Below, piece by piece: positions 12,401 through 23,893 of a DNA stretch of 64,000 nt. Location of the stretch: NCBI GenBank assembly GCA_032718475.1, contig JAUCBJ010001213.1:10439-74438 (forward strand), read 5' to 3'. The translations under genes were made by a program, and so were the position numbers. This DNA comes from Nemertoderma westbladi. Taxonomy: Eukaryota > Animalia > Xenacoelomorpha. The notes under the pieces are model-generated. The model did not search any database. It was not told where the DNA came from and saw only the letters and a program-made list of their open reading frames with translations. How positions within the stretch are numbered: position 1 is the stretch's first letter; each line of letters starts with the position of its first letter.

Positions 12401-14768
12401 CAAAACCAATACAAACTATAATATGATATGTGAAACATTACAGCTACTCGATTGTATTTGTGGGTCGTCAACTGGTGGCCTCGAACTTCTTGGCCTTTAT
12501 ATCAATGAGTCTAATGTGAACATTATCAACCAGATATTAAACACATTAACAGAGTATTGCCAAGGCCCATGTCACGAAAACCAGAATGCCATTGCCTCTC
12601 ATGAGAGCAATGGTATTGATATTATAATATCCCTTATCCTAAATGATATTAATCCGCTAGGACAGCGGCGAATGGACCTTGTACTCGAGCTTAAGAATAA
12701 TGCATCGGTTCTTTTATTAGCTATTATGGAGAGCCGGCATGATAGTGAAAATGCCGAACGAATTCTCTACAATATGACACCAAAACATTTGGTAGATGTA
12801 ATCAAGCATGCGTATATGCAAGAGGAATCCGAACAGGAGCGTGGAAGTACTGTAGAAAATAGTGATGATGATGATGAGGAAACAATTTCACCCCGACAAG
12901 TTGGACACAACATATATATATTGGCACACCAGCTGGCTCATCACAATCGGGAATTGGCTGGCTACTTAAGACCGAACATCGAATTCAAAAATGAGGGAGA
13001 CCATGCCCTAGACTTCTATGCAAGACATACAGCTCAGATTGAGATTGTTCGTTCCGATAGGACGATGGAGCAGATTGTCTTCCCCGTTCCAACAGTTTGT
13101 GAGTTTCTCACTGCGGAAACGAAAACCAATGTTTATCTAGGGACAGAAAGAGACGACCAGGGTTCAAAGGTATCTGGATTCTTCGAACGTGTAGAAGATA
13201 TGTACTTAGAAATGGAATGGCAGCGGAAACTCCGTGACGATAACCTATTCTACTGGGTCAGTTCTAATATGTCGCTTTGGGGTTCTATATCATTTAACTC
13301 TGCCGTTATCATCAACCTTGTTGTTGCTCTCTTTTACCCTTTCCCAAACGCTACAGTTACTCTAAACCCCCGAATATCTGGATTGGTGTGGGCTGCATTG
13401 CTGATGTCAATTGCATTAGTTGTAACTGTTCCTCGTCCAAATGGTTTTAGAACACTTATAGTCGCTGTCATTCTAAGGCTAATTTTCACCATTGGAATTC
13501 AACCCACACTTTATATTTTAGGAGCATTCAACTTTTTTAACAAAGGAATTTTTCTGGTTAGTTTTGTTGGTAACCGTGGGATGGCTAATAAAGGCCTAAA
13601 AAAGATGTTTAGTGACTATGAGTTTGTTTACCATTTCGGGTATCTCTGCATTTGTTTGCTTGGACTCATTGTTCATGAATTCTTCTACAGTATTCTACTA
13701 CTTGATCTGATAAAACGAGAAGATACATTGGCCAACGTAATCCGCAGCGTTACTAGCAATGGGAGATCCATCATACTAACAGCTGTTCTTGCGGTAATTC
13801 TCGTCTACTTATTCTCTATCATTGGATATTTACTGTTCAAGAAGGACTTTATTGTTGAGATCGACCCTCTTCCCGGAATAGATATGGAGATACAACTGCA
13901 TGGCGGGAAACCATTAGATCCATCAGTGAATCTAAATGATACTGAAGGTGTTTGTCATTCTGGTACGAACTGCCCTACTAGTAATGCTACTAGCGATAAT
14001 CTTACTAATGGTGATAATGATACCGAATCAGGTGGAGTACGAAGTTTCATAGATGCTTATCTCGAAATCACTGACAATGACCCTGACAATGATGGCAAAG
14101 AAAACGCATGTGAAACCTTGATAATGTGCATCTTAACAACTTTAAACCAAGGACTCCGAAATGGTGGAGGAATTGGTGACATTCTGAGACATCCTTCAGC
14201 TACTGAACCTCTCTTTGTGGCTCGTGTCATATACGACCTTATGTTTTTTTTCATCTGCATTATTATTGTCTTGAATCTTATTTTTGGTGTCATCATTGAT
14301 ACATTTGGCGCTTTGCGTTCTGACAAGGAGACAAAGGACGAAGTTCTACGAAACTCATGTTTCGTTTGCGGCCTAGAAAGATCGGCATTCGATAACAAAT
14401 CTGTGTCTTTTGAGGAGCATTGTCATGACGAACACAATATGTGGCATTACCTGTATTTTATAGTTCTTATTAAAGTGAAGGATCCCACCGAATTCACTGG
14501 GCCAGAGAGCTACGTATATTCCATGGTGCAGGAGCGGAATAGGGAGTGGTTTCCACGGATGCGAGCAATGTCATTGGCTGCCGATGAAGGTGACAATGAA
14601 CAAAATGAACTGCGAAATCTACAGATCCAATTGGAGTCAACAAATAAGATTGTTCTCGACCTGAGCAGTCAGCTGACTGACCTAAGGGACCAAATGAGTG
14701 AACAAAGGAAGCTAAAGCAACGAATGGGGATGTTGGGGATGGGTCATAGACAATCTCTTATAGGATAG
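6492..14768 (+). CDS. ITPR: Inositol 1,4,5-trisphosphate receptor (IP3R Ca2+ release channel), single-exon CDS, 2758 aa from the ATG at 6492
   Basis: N-terminus [33 protein letters not shown]3-binding motifs [26 protein letters not shown] and [11 protein letters not shown]-associated LQLLCENHN and [17 protein letters not shown] region with filter GGGIGD, gate [12 protein letters not shown] and zinc finger CFVCG...[11 protein letters not shown]. One uninterrupted ORF; the track's TTG start at 6465 is replaced by the first ATG. Confidence 0.97.
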   Translation: MTSEEGSHLHIGDIVSLYAEGSVSGFLSTLGLVDDRCVVRPEAGDLTTPPGKFRDCLFLICPMNRYSAQKQFWKALKPILNTSTDPVLLNKLQHAAELEKKQNDSDGKKMMGSEVVYGSCVQLQHVKSNKFLTVNKRLPALLEKTAMRVYLDIHGNEGSWFNIQPHYKLRSSGDPIVLGDKVTLNPVHASQPLHSSTYELADEDEKGCYEVNALNSNTCWKINLFLEYKENSEEILKGGDVLRLFHAEQEKFLTLDDYGKSPCVFLRVTARASATSATSSKALWEVEVVQQNPLRGGAGHWNSFYRFKHLATGLYLAAGEDKHHLKDPIRIKLRGNEMENLPVYYLMAVSTTNDLSSIFELDPTTSQRGDALVPRSSFVRLRHLYSEAWVHSMQSAIDCTDDKPERLKVGAASVKEDKEAFALVHVAPSEVRDLDFANDASKVLGNTANALEKVLLSQNQKRITLQLLSDLVYFVAGATNRGVDPLNVVMGDEPDRERQKLMREQNILKQIFRLLQAPFQTTRNTSSPMKNMSELTDKRHSQLRSIFRLCYRVLRLSQHDYRKNQEYIAKSFGFMQKQIGLDILAEDTITALLHNNRKLLEKHITSTEIETFVNLVRKRQEARFLKYLSDLCVSNNQAIAVTQELICQIVLHPKNSDLLIETKLTRFNDNDKVTDDKTIKEYPEPDEAADINSEDEDWYEEVVLYWDRQYAGKDNLEQPIRDMAMDALSGDNAAIEYLEYYKNQLNLFAQMCLDRQYIAIEYIAKNLGLNINIILACMSDDDLPYDLRASFCRLMLHCHVDCQPQEPVIPFRFARLWSEIPSRSSVQLYGELEGVRHKSKEKIIPKFFDTMQDVEGYLCNLAANSRSAFSDKEQNKFTYEVVVLARNLVYFGFFGFPDLLRLTKTLLCILDSTQTLPPGESHNRTDIVTNTLSSVAHSVKTVGDVASGVVLGSTHKYNNTLPSSLPSADTSNPKGSGTFLTPGALEAQKSDELVMKTKLKIIEILRFILDVRLDFHVSSILSLFKREFTVSQEISSQFSVNNVMVKFIESVFESKSNEDDLDLDGEGGNKFLRVILDLIMHNYPPLTSAALDLLFRHFSQRQEVINSLSLVQLLVSSEDVENYKTITTDLEALRTLVETSELWVFKSQKKENNDKNKKSKQISNHNEVDYMELLMNNSPIDLNLGPSVSEDFVNKYNTLKRILLDFTKLCTYTDSDGKLRNKPHEQRLLSNMGALSVVLELLSIPYEKKEDLRMNEIMKLAHKFLQSFCFGNPFNQAQLFKTIDIFLSPSDNRFTSLLEAATMRYIFLNNANLCVEINEKIVQHFITAIETYGRHVAYLDFFHTIVKAGSQWIKKCQDLVMAELSNCGEDVMLFYNERNTFPDLVKLMSCHTNRVTEDNPLQYHIKLVKLLSLCTEGKNVYTEIKCHSLLPLDDIVNIVTHNDCTPEVKEAYMDFLNHAYIDTDIEMKEIYTSNHIFTLFENFMTDMRLVCNQTTDNKYSDKALQRYISVTVPDVITSFISSAFSIQSTSMNLKHNIFVDLLSSLYLLATAPQLSVDQLNYVDNCVKVYHAKLRDRGVPLPAELDKLVITHIKKGLTVHDKAGTWLRKVSFRKKVPSVSIIHSEEKDIIDGMQYIVELVCKILNPLVKAEISVLVDVMLKPELLFPEQSPEYEKCLNGGLTAKLISHCEYLMNQKDEKTGSKVLHCLRDMMAVNINFDDRCDKLRGSLLDKYFGPLRTKTKRGAITQAQVPSSNGGPGNGNKRSNDALVPDSPGSLQISRADATLYQVQCSLNNDGATKLVTNLVINSTSLQVFVQAIELGIALLEGGNGVTQASFLDYFQTDSNAELFFKVVYGKIEAAETELKASGNVGASSEEEYLREKEIAKGKEDQLKQPTNIDVNVKDVVADPGDLNEVGSAKQDSISIVANEDVPEQSVGYIISVMQPILRFLQLLCENHNLALQNFLRNQNGKTNTNYNMICETLQLLDCICGSSTGGLELLGLYINESNVNIINQILNTLTEYCQGPCHENQNAIASHESNGIDIIISLILNDINPLGQRRMDLVLELKNNASVLLLAIMESRHDSENAERILYNMTPKHLVDVIKHAYMQEESEQERGSTVENSDDDDEETISPRQVGHNIYILAHQLAHHNRELAGYLRPNIEFKNEGDHALDFYARHTAQIEIVRSDRTMEQIVFPVPTVCEFLTAETKTNVYLGTERDDQGSKVSGFFERVEDMYLEMEWQRKLRDDNLFYWVSSNMSLWGSISFNSAVIINLVVALFYPFPNATVTLNPRISGLVWAALLMSIALVVTVPRPNGFRTLIVAVILRLIFTIGIQPTLYILGAFNFFNKGIFLVSFVGNRGMANKGLKKMFSDYEFVYHFGYLCICLLGLIVHEFFYSILLLDLIKREDTLANVIRSVTSNGRSIILTAVLAVILVYLFSIIGYLLFKKDFIVEIDPLPGIDMEIQLHGGKPLDPSVNLNDTEGVCHSGTNCPTSNATSDNLTNGDNDTESGGVRSFIDAYLEITDNDPDNDGKENACETLIMCILTTLNQGLRNGGGIGDILRHPSATEPLFVARVIYDLMFFFICIIIVLNLIFGVIIDTFGALRSDKETKDEVLRNSCFVCGLERSAFDNKSVSFEEHCHDEHNMWHYLYFIVLIKVKDPTEFTGPESYVYSMVQERNREWFPRMRAMSLAADEGDNEQNELRNLQIQLESTNKIVLDLSSQLTDLRDQMSEQRKLKQRMGMLGMGHRQSLIG

Positions 14769-15217
14769 GGGATGGGTCATAGACAATCTCTTATAGATAG
14801 GGGATGGGTCATATACAATATCTTATAGATAGGGGATGGGTCATATACAATATCTTATAGATAGGGGATGGGTCATAGACAATCTCTTATAGATAGGGGA
14901 TGGGTCATAGACAATCTCTTATAGATAGGGGATGGGTCATAGACAATCTCTTGTAGATAGGGGATGGGTTATAGACAATCTCTTATAGATAGGGGATGGG
15001 TCATAGACAATCTCTTATAGGATAGGGGATGGGTCATAGACAATCTCTTATAGATAGGGGATGGGTCATAGACAATCTCTTATAGATAGGGGATGGGTCA
15101 TAGACAATCTCTTATAGATAGGGGATGGGTCATAGACAATCTCTTATAGATAGGGGATGGGTCATAGACAATCTCTTATAGATAGGGGATGGGTCATAGA
15201 CAATCACTTATAGGATA
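14735..15217 (+). repeat. 32/33-bp tandem repeat (GGGGATGGGTCATAGACAATCTCTTATAG[G]ATA), about 15 copies, overlapping the ITPR stop codon
   Basis: The first unit encodes the last ITPR codons [10 protein letters not shown] and supplies the TA of the stop. Confidence 0.95.
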
Positions 15218-17937
15218 TTATATAATGGTTAACTGTGACTCTCTCAGACACTTGTAGGAAGTCATTAATGAAGGCTCTGGAAGTCTTCTTAGGTATTTAG
15301 AGAAAAATAGAAAAAATATTAGATATTTATCTTTCTTGATGGATTAATTAATTATTATGTCAATAAATAATTATTTCTTTCCTTTTTCAGTAGAACTTAC
15401 AGTTCTCAGTATAGGCATCAGTCACTTTGTGAAGTTACAGGTTATGGTTTTTGTAATCCGCGTTTTCTGCTTGACTTTTTTTTTATTAATTACCGGTATG
15501 GTAGCTAGTGATTTGTAGTATGGCTATAGGAATTATCTTTAATTGTCTATTTCAATTACATTTTTTGGTGCTTACTGAGCCTTAAATTAAAACAGTTTTT
15601 TTTATTTATCAAACTATATTTTTGTGCCTACATAGTAACTTAGTGCATTCACAACTAGTCACTAAGACTGTTCGGTTAGAGTTCCGTATAGAGTTCCTTA
15701 TACGGAACTGTTACCGACTGTTCTCCAACCATAATTAATAAGGTTTCGTAAAGGCTTAAGTGCCTTCTGTTTACAATAGGAAGATTATTTTCAACTTTAT
15801 CGTTTTAAAACTGACAATTAAAATTAACCCGAAATAGTTTCAACAAACGTCAAATAACTGGTTAAATTACATTGTTTTATATAAACTGCTATGAATTAGT
15901 GCTATAAGTGAATGCTATGTAGGCTACTTCTTGAGTACCGGTACATATTACTTTTAGAGTTTGAAGAAACGCAATTACACTAAAGCGTTTTTAAAATATT
16001 TTTTTTATTGTTTGAGTTGGTTGCGTTTAAATTTGATATCTCTTTATATCATTTATTTATTTATAAAACACGCAATGAGATTGAGAAAATCTGAAATTTG
16101 CAAATCCGACTGTCAAGTTTCCATTTGTCTGCCAGACATCATAAAGTCTTGAAGGCAAAAATGTAAACCTAAGTTCCCCAAACTGAATAACTTTTGTAAC
16201 TTTTTTTTGTTAACGTAATCTTTCTAGTATAGCTGTCGTCATGTTTTTTTGCTAAAAATATTTAGAATACTTCCAATACTCGCAGTACAGGGATGTATGT
16301 GCGATTATGGCTACTACCACACAACAATATTATGATGTATTATAATATAATTCCACATCAATATGGTTATGGTATAGGATGTGGTCTACAGTTATATAAT
16401 GAGTGATTGGTAGATTTATTGGGTAAATGTCTTTCCACCGCAGTAACACGATAGCGCCCTGCGCTGGCGCACGGCGCTACTATATTGCTCTTATGTTATC
16501 TATAAGATGTTTCGAAACATGCATTGAAACAATCCTATGTATTTTCTCGAACGAAGGGGGGTGTTAGTCGAATGGTCACAAAAAACCTGTATTACAAGTG
16601 TTTTTTAGTGTATTTTTTTTCTCTTTAGGGAGATGGGGCAGCTTTCAGCGGCAATGTTTTTAACCAAAACAATAACCTAAACCAAAAAAACAAACCTTTT
16701 TATTTGTATTAACTTTACCCTTTTCTAGATATTTTTTCTCCGTGACAACTCCCCCCTTACATATTATATCAGTTAGCAGCTGGCTGACAGCTGATCATTA
16801 GGTATTGCCACATGGGTGTTGTACTTGCGGGATCTCACAGCTGCTTCGTAATAAATGAGATCCCATTGTAACTAACTAATAACTCGAAGTAGCGCTATCA
16901 ATTTGCACCATATTTGTTTCTACGTATCGGGTTAGACTTTTTTTGCTATAGCGATAGCTGCTCCTTTTCCCTCCTTCCGTGTTTCTCTCTAAATCACCCT
17001 TTAGTCTGTGTCTCTAGATAAAGTCCCCTACAAGGGTGACATATGCGATCAGTATAGGCCTACTGATTTAGTTCACTTACCAGTAAGGATTTATGTTATA
17101 TTTAACACTATTTTTGACATAAATAAATTTATATATTTCCCGTAAATTTCTCAACTTTGTGATGTCAATCCTTATTTATTCTTTTCGGTAAAATATGCCA
17201 AGTAAAATATTTGCACAGCAAGAAATAACATTTATGTCTGCGTTTACAATGTTATATATAGACACAGTTATTTGCTTTCAACAAATTATTTACTAACTTA
17301 ATTTTTTTTTAAACACAATCTGTCTCATTAACTTTTGTTTACTTATACAATGGTCATGCATCTATTATGTATTCAGTTTTTGAGGTGATAATTTTGTATT
17401 TAATTTTTGTATTGATTGCAAACTAGTTTCTAATAACCAATGATATTCAATTTAGTAAATTGGGGCGGGGGGGGGGGGGGGGGGTCATAGAAGCTAAACA
17501 GTGTCAGAAGCAAAGTATGTTTTGTTACATTACATTATATAATCGGGATGGACAGGCCCGGACCTATATTGTATACTTAATAATCAAAGATGTAAAGAAT
17601 AAACATTTGCAGGAGTCCCACACAAATGATTCTAATTAATTATTATTTGAGATACATAAGTGCAAAGGGGACAACTGTCTGGGAGCTATAGCAACGATTC
17701 CAGCCAGTTGTAGGGGTGCGAGGAGGGGGCGTAGCCAACAACACTGCTTTAAGAATAATTACACCGGTATGTGGTAGTTTAAATTTGTTCCCTATTCCAT
17801 TCGCCTGCCCCGGGCCAGAGGTATTCAAACAGCCGATGTTGTATATAATAATAATGACAACAATAATTATTATAATTTTAATTTATTTACATTTTAAATT
17901 AATGAATCTAGGGAGAATGTATTTACGAGAGTTATCT

Positions 17938-20900
17938 TTGAGAGAGTGAGGAACGGCGCAGTTGAGAGAGAGTGAGGAACGGCGCAGTTGAGAGAGAGTG
18001 AGGAACGGCGCAGTTGAGAGAGTGAGGATCGGTGCAGTTGAGAGAGTGAGGAACGGCGCAGTTGAGAGAGAGTGAGGAACGGCGCAGTTGAGAGAGTGAG
18101 GATCGGCGCAATTGAGAGAGAGTGAGGATCGGTGCAGTTGAGAGAGTGAGGAACGGCGCAGTTGAGAGAGAGTGAGGAACGGCGCAGTTGAGAGAGAGTG
18201 AGGAACGGCGCAATTGAAGAGTGAGGAACGGTGCAGTTGAGAGAGTGAGGATCGGCGCAATTGAGAGAGAGTGAGGATCGGTGCAGTTGAGAGAGTGAGG
18301 AACGGCGCAGTTGAGAGAGAGTGAGGAACGGCGCAGTTGAGAGAGAGTGAGGAACGGCGCAGTTGAGAGAGTGAGGATCGGCGCAATTGAGAGAGAGTGA
18401 GGATCGGTGCAGTTGAGAGAGTGAGGAACGGCGCAGTTGAGAGAGAGTGAGGAACGGCGCAGTTGAGAGAGAGTGAGGAACGGCGCAATTGAAGAGTGAG
18501 GAACGGTGCAGTTGAGAGAGAGTGAGGAACGGTGCAGTTGAGAGATAGTGAGGAACGGTGCAGTTGAGAGAGAGTGAGGATCGGTGCAGTTGAGAGAGAG
18601 TGAGGAACGGCGCAGTTGAGAGAGTGAGGATCGGCGCAATTGAGAGAGAGTGAGGATCGGTGCAGTTGAGAGAGTGAGGAACGGCGTAGTTGAGAGAGTG
18701 AGGAACGGTGCAGTTGAGAGAGAGTGAGGAACGGCGCAATTGAAGAGTGAGGAACGGTGCAGTTGAGAGAGAGTGAGGAACGGTGCAGTTGAGAGATAGT
18801 GAGGAACGGTGCAGTTGAGAGAGAGTGAGGATCGGTGCAGTTGAGAGAGAGTGAGGAACGGTGCAGTTGAGAGAGAGTGAGGAACGGCGCAGTTGAGAGA
18901 GTGAGGATCGGCGCAATTGATAGAGAGTGAGGAACGGTGCAGTTGAAAGAGAGTGAGGATCGGTGCAGTTGAGAGAGAGTGAGGAACGGTGCAGTTGAGA
19001 GAGAGTGAGGATCGGTGCAGTTGAGAGAGAGTGAGGAACGGCGCAGTTGAGAGAGAGTGAGGAACGGCGCAGTTGAGAGAGTGAGGATCGGCGCAATTGA
19101 GAGAGAGTGAGGATCGGTGCAGTTGAGAGAGTGAGGAACGGCGCAGTTGAGAGAGTGAGGAACGGTGCAGTTGAGAGAGAGTGAGGAACGGCGCAATTGA
19201 AGAGTGAGGAACGGTGCAGTTGAGAGAGAGTGAGGAACGGTGCAGTTGAGAGATAGTGAGGAACGGTGCAGTTGAGAGAGAGTGAGGATCGGTGCAGTTG
19301 AGAGAGAGTGAGGAACGGTGCAGTTGAGAGAGAGTGAGGAACGGCGCAGTTGAGAGAGTGAGGATCGGCGCAATTGATAGAGAGTGAGGAACGGTGCAGT
19401 TGAAAGAGAGTGAGGATCGGTGCAGTTGAAGAGTGAGGAACGGCGCAGTTGAAAGAGAGTGAGGATCGGTGCAGTTGAGAGAGAGTGAGGAACGGTGCAG
19501 TTGAGAGAGAGTGAGGAACGGCGCAATTGAAGAGTGAGGAACGGTGCAGTTGAGAGAGAGTGAGGAACGGTGCAGTTGAGAGAGAGTGAGGAACGGCGCA
19601 ATTGAAGAGTGAGGAACGGTGCAGTTGAGAGAGAGTGAGGATCGGTGCAGTTGAGAGAGAGTGAGGAACGGCGCAATTGAAGAGTGAGGAACGGTGCAGT
19701 TGAGAGAGAGTGAGGATCGGTGCAGTTGAGAGAGAGTGAGGAACGGCGCAGTTGAGAGAGAGTGAGGAACGGCGCAGTTGAGAGAGTGAGGATCGGCGCA
19801 ATTGAGAGAGAGTGAGGATCGGTGCAGTTGAGAGAGTGAGGAACGGCGCAGTTGAGAGAGTGAGGAACGGTGCAGTTGAGAGAGAGTGAGGAACGGCGCA
19901 ATTGAAGAGTGAGGAACGGTGCAGTTGAGAGAGAGTGAGGAACGGCGCAGTTGAGAGAGTGAGGATCGGCGCAATTGAGAGAGAGTGAGGATCGGTGCAG
20001 TTGAGAGAGTGAGGAACGGCGCAGTTGAGAGAGTGAGGAACGGTGCAGTTGAGAGAGAGTGAGGAACGGCGCAATTGAAGAGTGAGGAACGGTGCAGTTG
20101 AGAGAGAGTGAGGAACGGTGCAGTTGAGAGATAGTGAGGAACGGTGCAGTTGAGAGAGAGTGAGGATCGGTGCAGTTGAGAGAGAGTGAGGAACGGTGCA
20201 GTTGAGAGAGAGTGAGGAACGGCGCAGTTGAGAGAGTGAGGATCGGCGCAATTGATAGAGAGTGAGGAACGGTGCAGTTGAAAGAGAGTGAGGATCGGTG
20301 CAGTTGAGAGAGAGTGAGGAACGGTGCAGTTGAGAGAGAGTGAGGATCGGTGCAGTTGAGAGAGAGTGAGGAACGGCGCAGTTGAGAGAGAGTGAGGAAC
20401 GGCGCAGTTGAGAGAGTGAGGATCGGCGCAATTGAGAGAGAGTGAGGATCGGTGCAGTTGAGAGAGTGAGGAACGGCGCAGTTGAGAGAGTGAGGAACGG
20501 TGCAGTTGAGAGAGAGTGAGGAACGGCGCAATTGAAGAGTGAGGAACGGTGCAGTTGAGAGAGAGTGAGGAACGGTGCAGTTGAGAGATAGTGAGGAACG
20601 GTGCAGTTGAGAGAGAGTGAGGATCGGTGCAGTTGAGAGAGAGTGAGGAACGGTGCAGTTGAGAGAGACTGAGGAACGGCGCAGTTGAGAGAGTGAGGAT
20701 CGGCGCAATTGATAGAGAGTGAGGAACGGTGCAGTTGAAAGAGAGTGAGGATCGGTGCAGTTGAAGAGTGAGGAACGGCGCAGTTGAAAGAGAGTGAGGA
20801 TCGGTGCAGTTGAGAGAGAGTGAGGAACGGTGCAGTTGAGAGAGAGTGAGGAACGGCGCAATTGAAGAGTGAGGAACGGTGCAGTTGAGAGAGAGTGAGG

Positions 20901-23893
20901 AACGGTGCAGTTGAGAGAGAGTGAGGAACGGCGCAATTGAAGAGTGAGGAACGGTGCAGTTGAGAGAGAGTGAGGATCGGTGCAGTTGAGAGAGAGTGAG
21001 GAACGGCGCAATTGAAGAGTGAGGAACGGTGCAGTTGAGAGAGAGTGAGGAACGGCGCAATTGAATAGTGAGGAACGACGCAGTTTAGACAGAGTGAGGA
21101 ACGGCGCAATTAAAGAGCGAGGAACGGCGCAGTTGAGAGAGAGTGAGGAACGGCGCAATTGAAAGAGAGTGAGAACGGCACAGTTGAGAGAGAGTGAGGA
21201 ACGGCACAGTTGAGAGAGAGTGAGGAACGGCACAGTTGCGAGAGAGTGAGGAACGGCACAGTTGAGAGAGAGTGAGGAACGGCGCAGTTGAGAGTGAGTG
21301 AGGAACGGCGCAATTGAAGAGTGAGGAACGGCGCAGTTGAGAGAGAGTGAGGAACGGCACAGTTGAGAGAGAGTGAGGAACGGCGCAGTTGAGAGAGAGT
21401 GAGGAACGGCGCAGTTGAGAGAGAGTGAGGAACGGCGCAATTGAAGAGTGAGGAACGGCGCAGTTGAGAGTGAGGAACGGCACAGTTGAGAGAGAGTGAG
21501 GAACGGCACAGTTGAGAGAGAGTGAGGAACGGCACAGTTGAGAGAGAGAGTGAGGAACGGCACAGTTGAGAGAGAGTGAGGAACGGCGCAGTTGAGAGAG
21601 AGTGAGGAACGGCACAGTTGAGAGAGAGTGAGGAAGGGCGCAGTTGAGAGAGAGTGAGGAACGGAGCAGTTGAAAGAGTGTGAGGAACGGCGCAATTGAA
21701 GAGTGAGGAACGGCGCAGTTGAGAGTGAGTGAGGAACGGCGTAGTTGAGAGAGAGTGAGGAACAGCGCAATTGAAGAGTGAGGAACGGCGCAATTGAAGA
21801 GTGAGGAACGGCGCAGTTGAGAGAGAGTGAGGAACGGCGCAGTTGAGAGAGTGAGGGACGGCACAGTTGAGAGAGAGTGATGAACGGCACAGTTGAGAGA
21901 GAGAGAGGGGAACGGCACAGTTGAGAGAGAGTGAGGAACGGCACAGTTGAGAGAGAGTGAGGAACGGCACAGTTGAGAGAGAGTGAGGAACGGCGCAATT
22001 GAAGAGTGAGTAACGGCGCAATTGAAGAGTGAGGAACGGTGCAGTTGAGAGAGAGTGAGGAACGGCACAGTTGGGAGAGAGTGAGGAACGGCACAGTTGA
22101 GAGAGAGTGAGGAACGGCGCAATTGAAGAGTGAGGAACGGCGCAATTGAAGAGTGAGGAACGGTGCAGTTGAGAGAGAGTGAGGAACGGCACAGTTGAGA
22201 GAGAGTGAGGAACGGCACAGTTGAAAGAGAGTGAGGAACGGCGCAATTGAAGAGTGAGGAACGGTGCAGTTGAGAGAGAGTGATGAACGGCACAGTTGAG
22301 AGAGAGAGAGTGAGGAACGACACAGTTGAGAGAGAGTGAGGAACAGCGCAGTTGAGAGAGAGAGAGAGGAACGGCACAGTTGAGAGAGAGTGAGAGGAAC
22401 GGCACAGTTGAGAGAGAGTGAGGAACGGCGCAGTTGAGATAGAGAGTGAGGAACGGCGCAATTGAAGAGTGAGGAACGGCGCAGTTGAGAGAGAGTGAGG
22501 AACGGCGCAGTTGAGATAGAGTGAGGAACGGCACAGTTGAGAGAGAGTGAGGAACGGCGCGGTTGAGAGAGAGGAACGGAACGGCACAGTTGAGAGAGAG
22601 TGAGGAACGGCGCAATTGAACAGTGAGGAACGGTGCAGTTGAGAGAGAGAGTGCGGAACGGCACAGTTGAGAGAGAGAGAGTGAGGAACGACACAGTTGA
22701 GAGTGAGGAACGGCACAGTTGAGAGAGAGAGAGGAACGGCACAGTTGAGAGAGAGTGAGGAACGGCACAGTTGAGAGAGAGTGAGGAACGGCGCAATTGA
22801 AGAGTGAGGAACGGCGCAGTTGAGAGAGAGTGAGGAACGGCACAGTTGAGAGAGAGTGAGGAACGGCACAGTTGAGAGAGAGTGAGGAACGGCACAGTTG
22901 AGAGAGAGTGAGGAACGGCGCAGTTGAGAGAGAGTGAGGAACGGCACAGTTGAAAGAGAGTGAGGAACGGCCCAGTTGAGAGAGAGTGAGGAACGGCGCA
23001 GTTGAGAGAGAGTGAGGAACGGCGCAGTTGAGAGTGAGCGAGGAACGGCGTAGTTGAGAGAGAGAGTGAGGAACGGCACAGTTGAGTGAGAGTGAGGAAG
23101 GGCGCAGTTGAGAGAGAGTGAGGAACGGCGCAGTTGAGAGAGAGTGATGAACGGTGCAGTTGAGAGAGAGTGAGGAACGGCGCAGTTGAGAGAGAGTGAG
23201 GAACGGCGCAATTGAAGAGTGAGGAACGGTGCAGTTGAGAGGGAGTGAGGAACGGCACAGTTGAGAGAGAGAGAGTGAGGAACGGCACAGTTGAGAGAGA
23301 GAGAGGAACGGCACAGTTGAGAGAGAGTGAGGAACGGCACAGTTGAGAGAGAGTGAGGAACGGCACAGTTGAGAGTGAGCGAGGAACGGCGTAGTTGAGA
23401 GAGAGAGTGAGGAACGGCACAGTTGAGTGAGAGTGAGGAACGGCGCAGTTGAGAGAGAGTGAGGAACGGCGCAGTTGAGAGAGAGTGAGGAACGGCACAG
23501 TTGAGAGAGAGTGAGGAACGGCGCGGTTGAGAGAGAGTGAGGAACGGCGCAATTGAAGAGTGAGGAACGGTGCAGTTGAGAGGGAGTGAGGAACGGCACA
23601 GTTGAGAGAGAGAGAGTGAGGAACGGCACAGTTGAGAGAGAGAGAGGAACGGCACAGTTGAGAGAGAGTGAGGAACGGCACAGTTGAGAGAGAGTGAGGA
23701 ACGGCGCAATTGAAGAGTGAGGAACGGCGCAATTGAAGAGTGAGGAACGGTGCAGTTGAGAGAGAGTGAGGAACGGCACAGTTGAGAGAGAGAGTGAGGA
23801 ACGACACAGTTGAGAGAGAGTGAGGAACGGCGCGGTTGAGAGAGAGTGAGGAACGGCGCGGTTGAGAGAGAGTGAGGAACGACACAGTTGAGA
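17938..23893. repeat. Purine-rich minisatellite, ~23-30-bp units (GAGAGAGAGTGAGGAACGGCGCAGTT, variable (GA)n), about 6 kb
   Basis: Direct reading. Two sub-domains differ in variant composition, with a switch near 21060. Confidence 0.97.

Noticed and set aside
15672-15717. 11-bp inverted repeat AGTTCCGTATA / TATACGGAACT
   Set aside because: Real but isolated; no element boundaries or function can be supported.
17938-23893. GA|GTGAGG donor-like motif in each unit on the + strand, suggesting another splice-site array
   Set aside because: No recognisable upstream exon or host gene, so the motif cannot be supported as a splice site.
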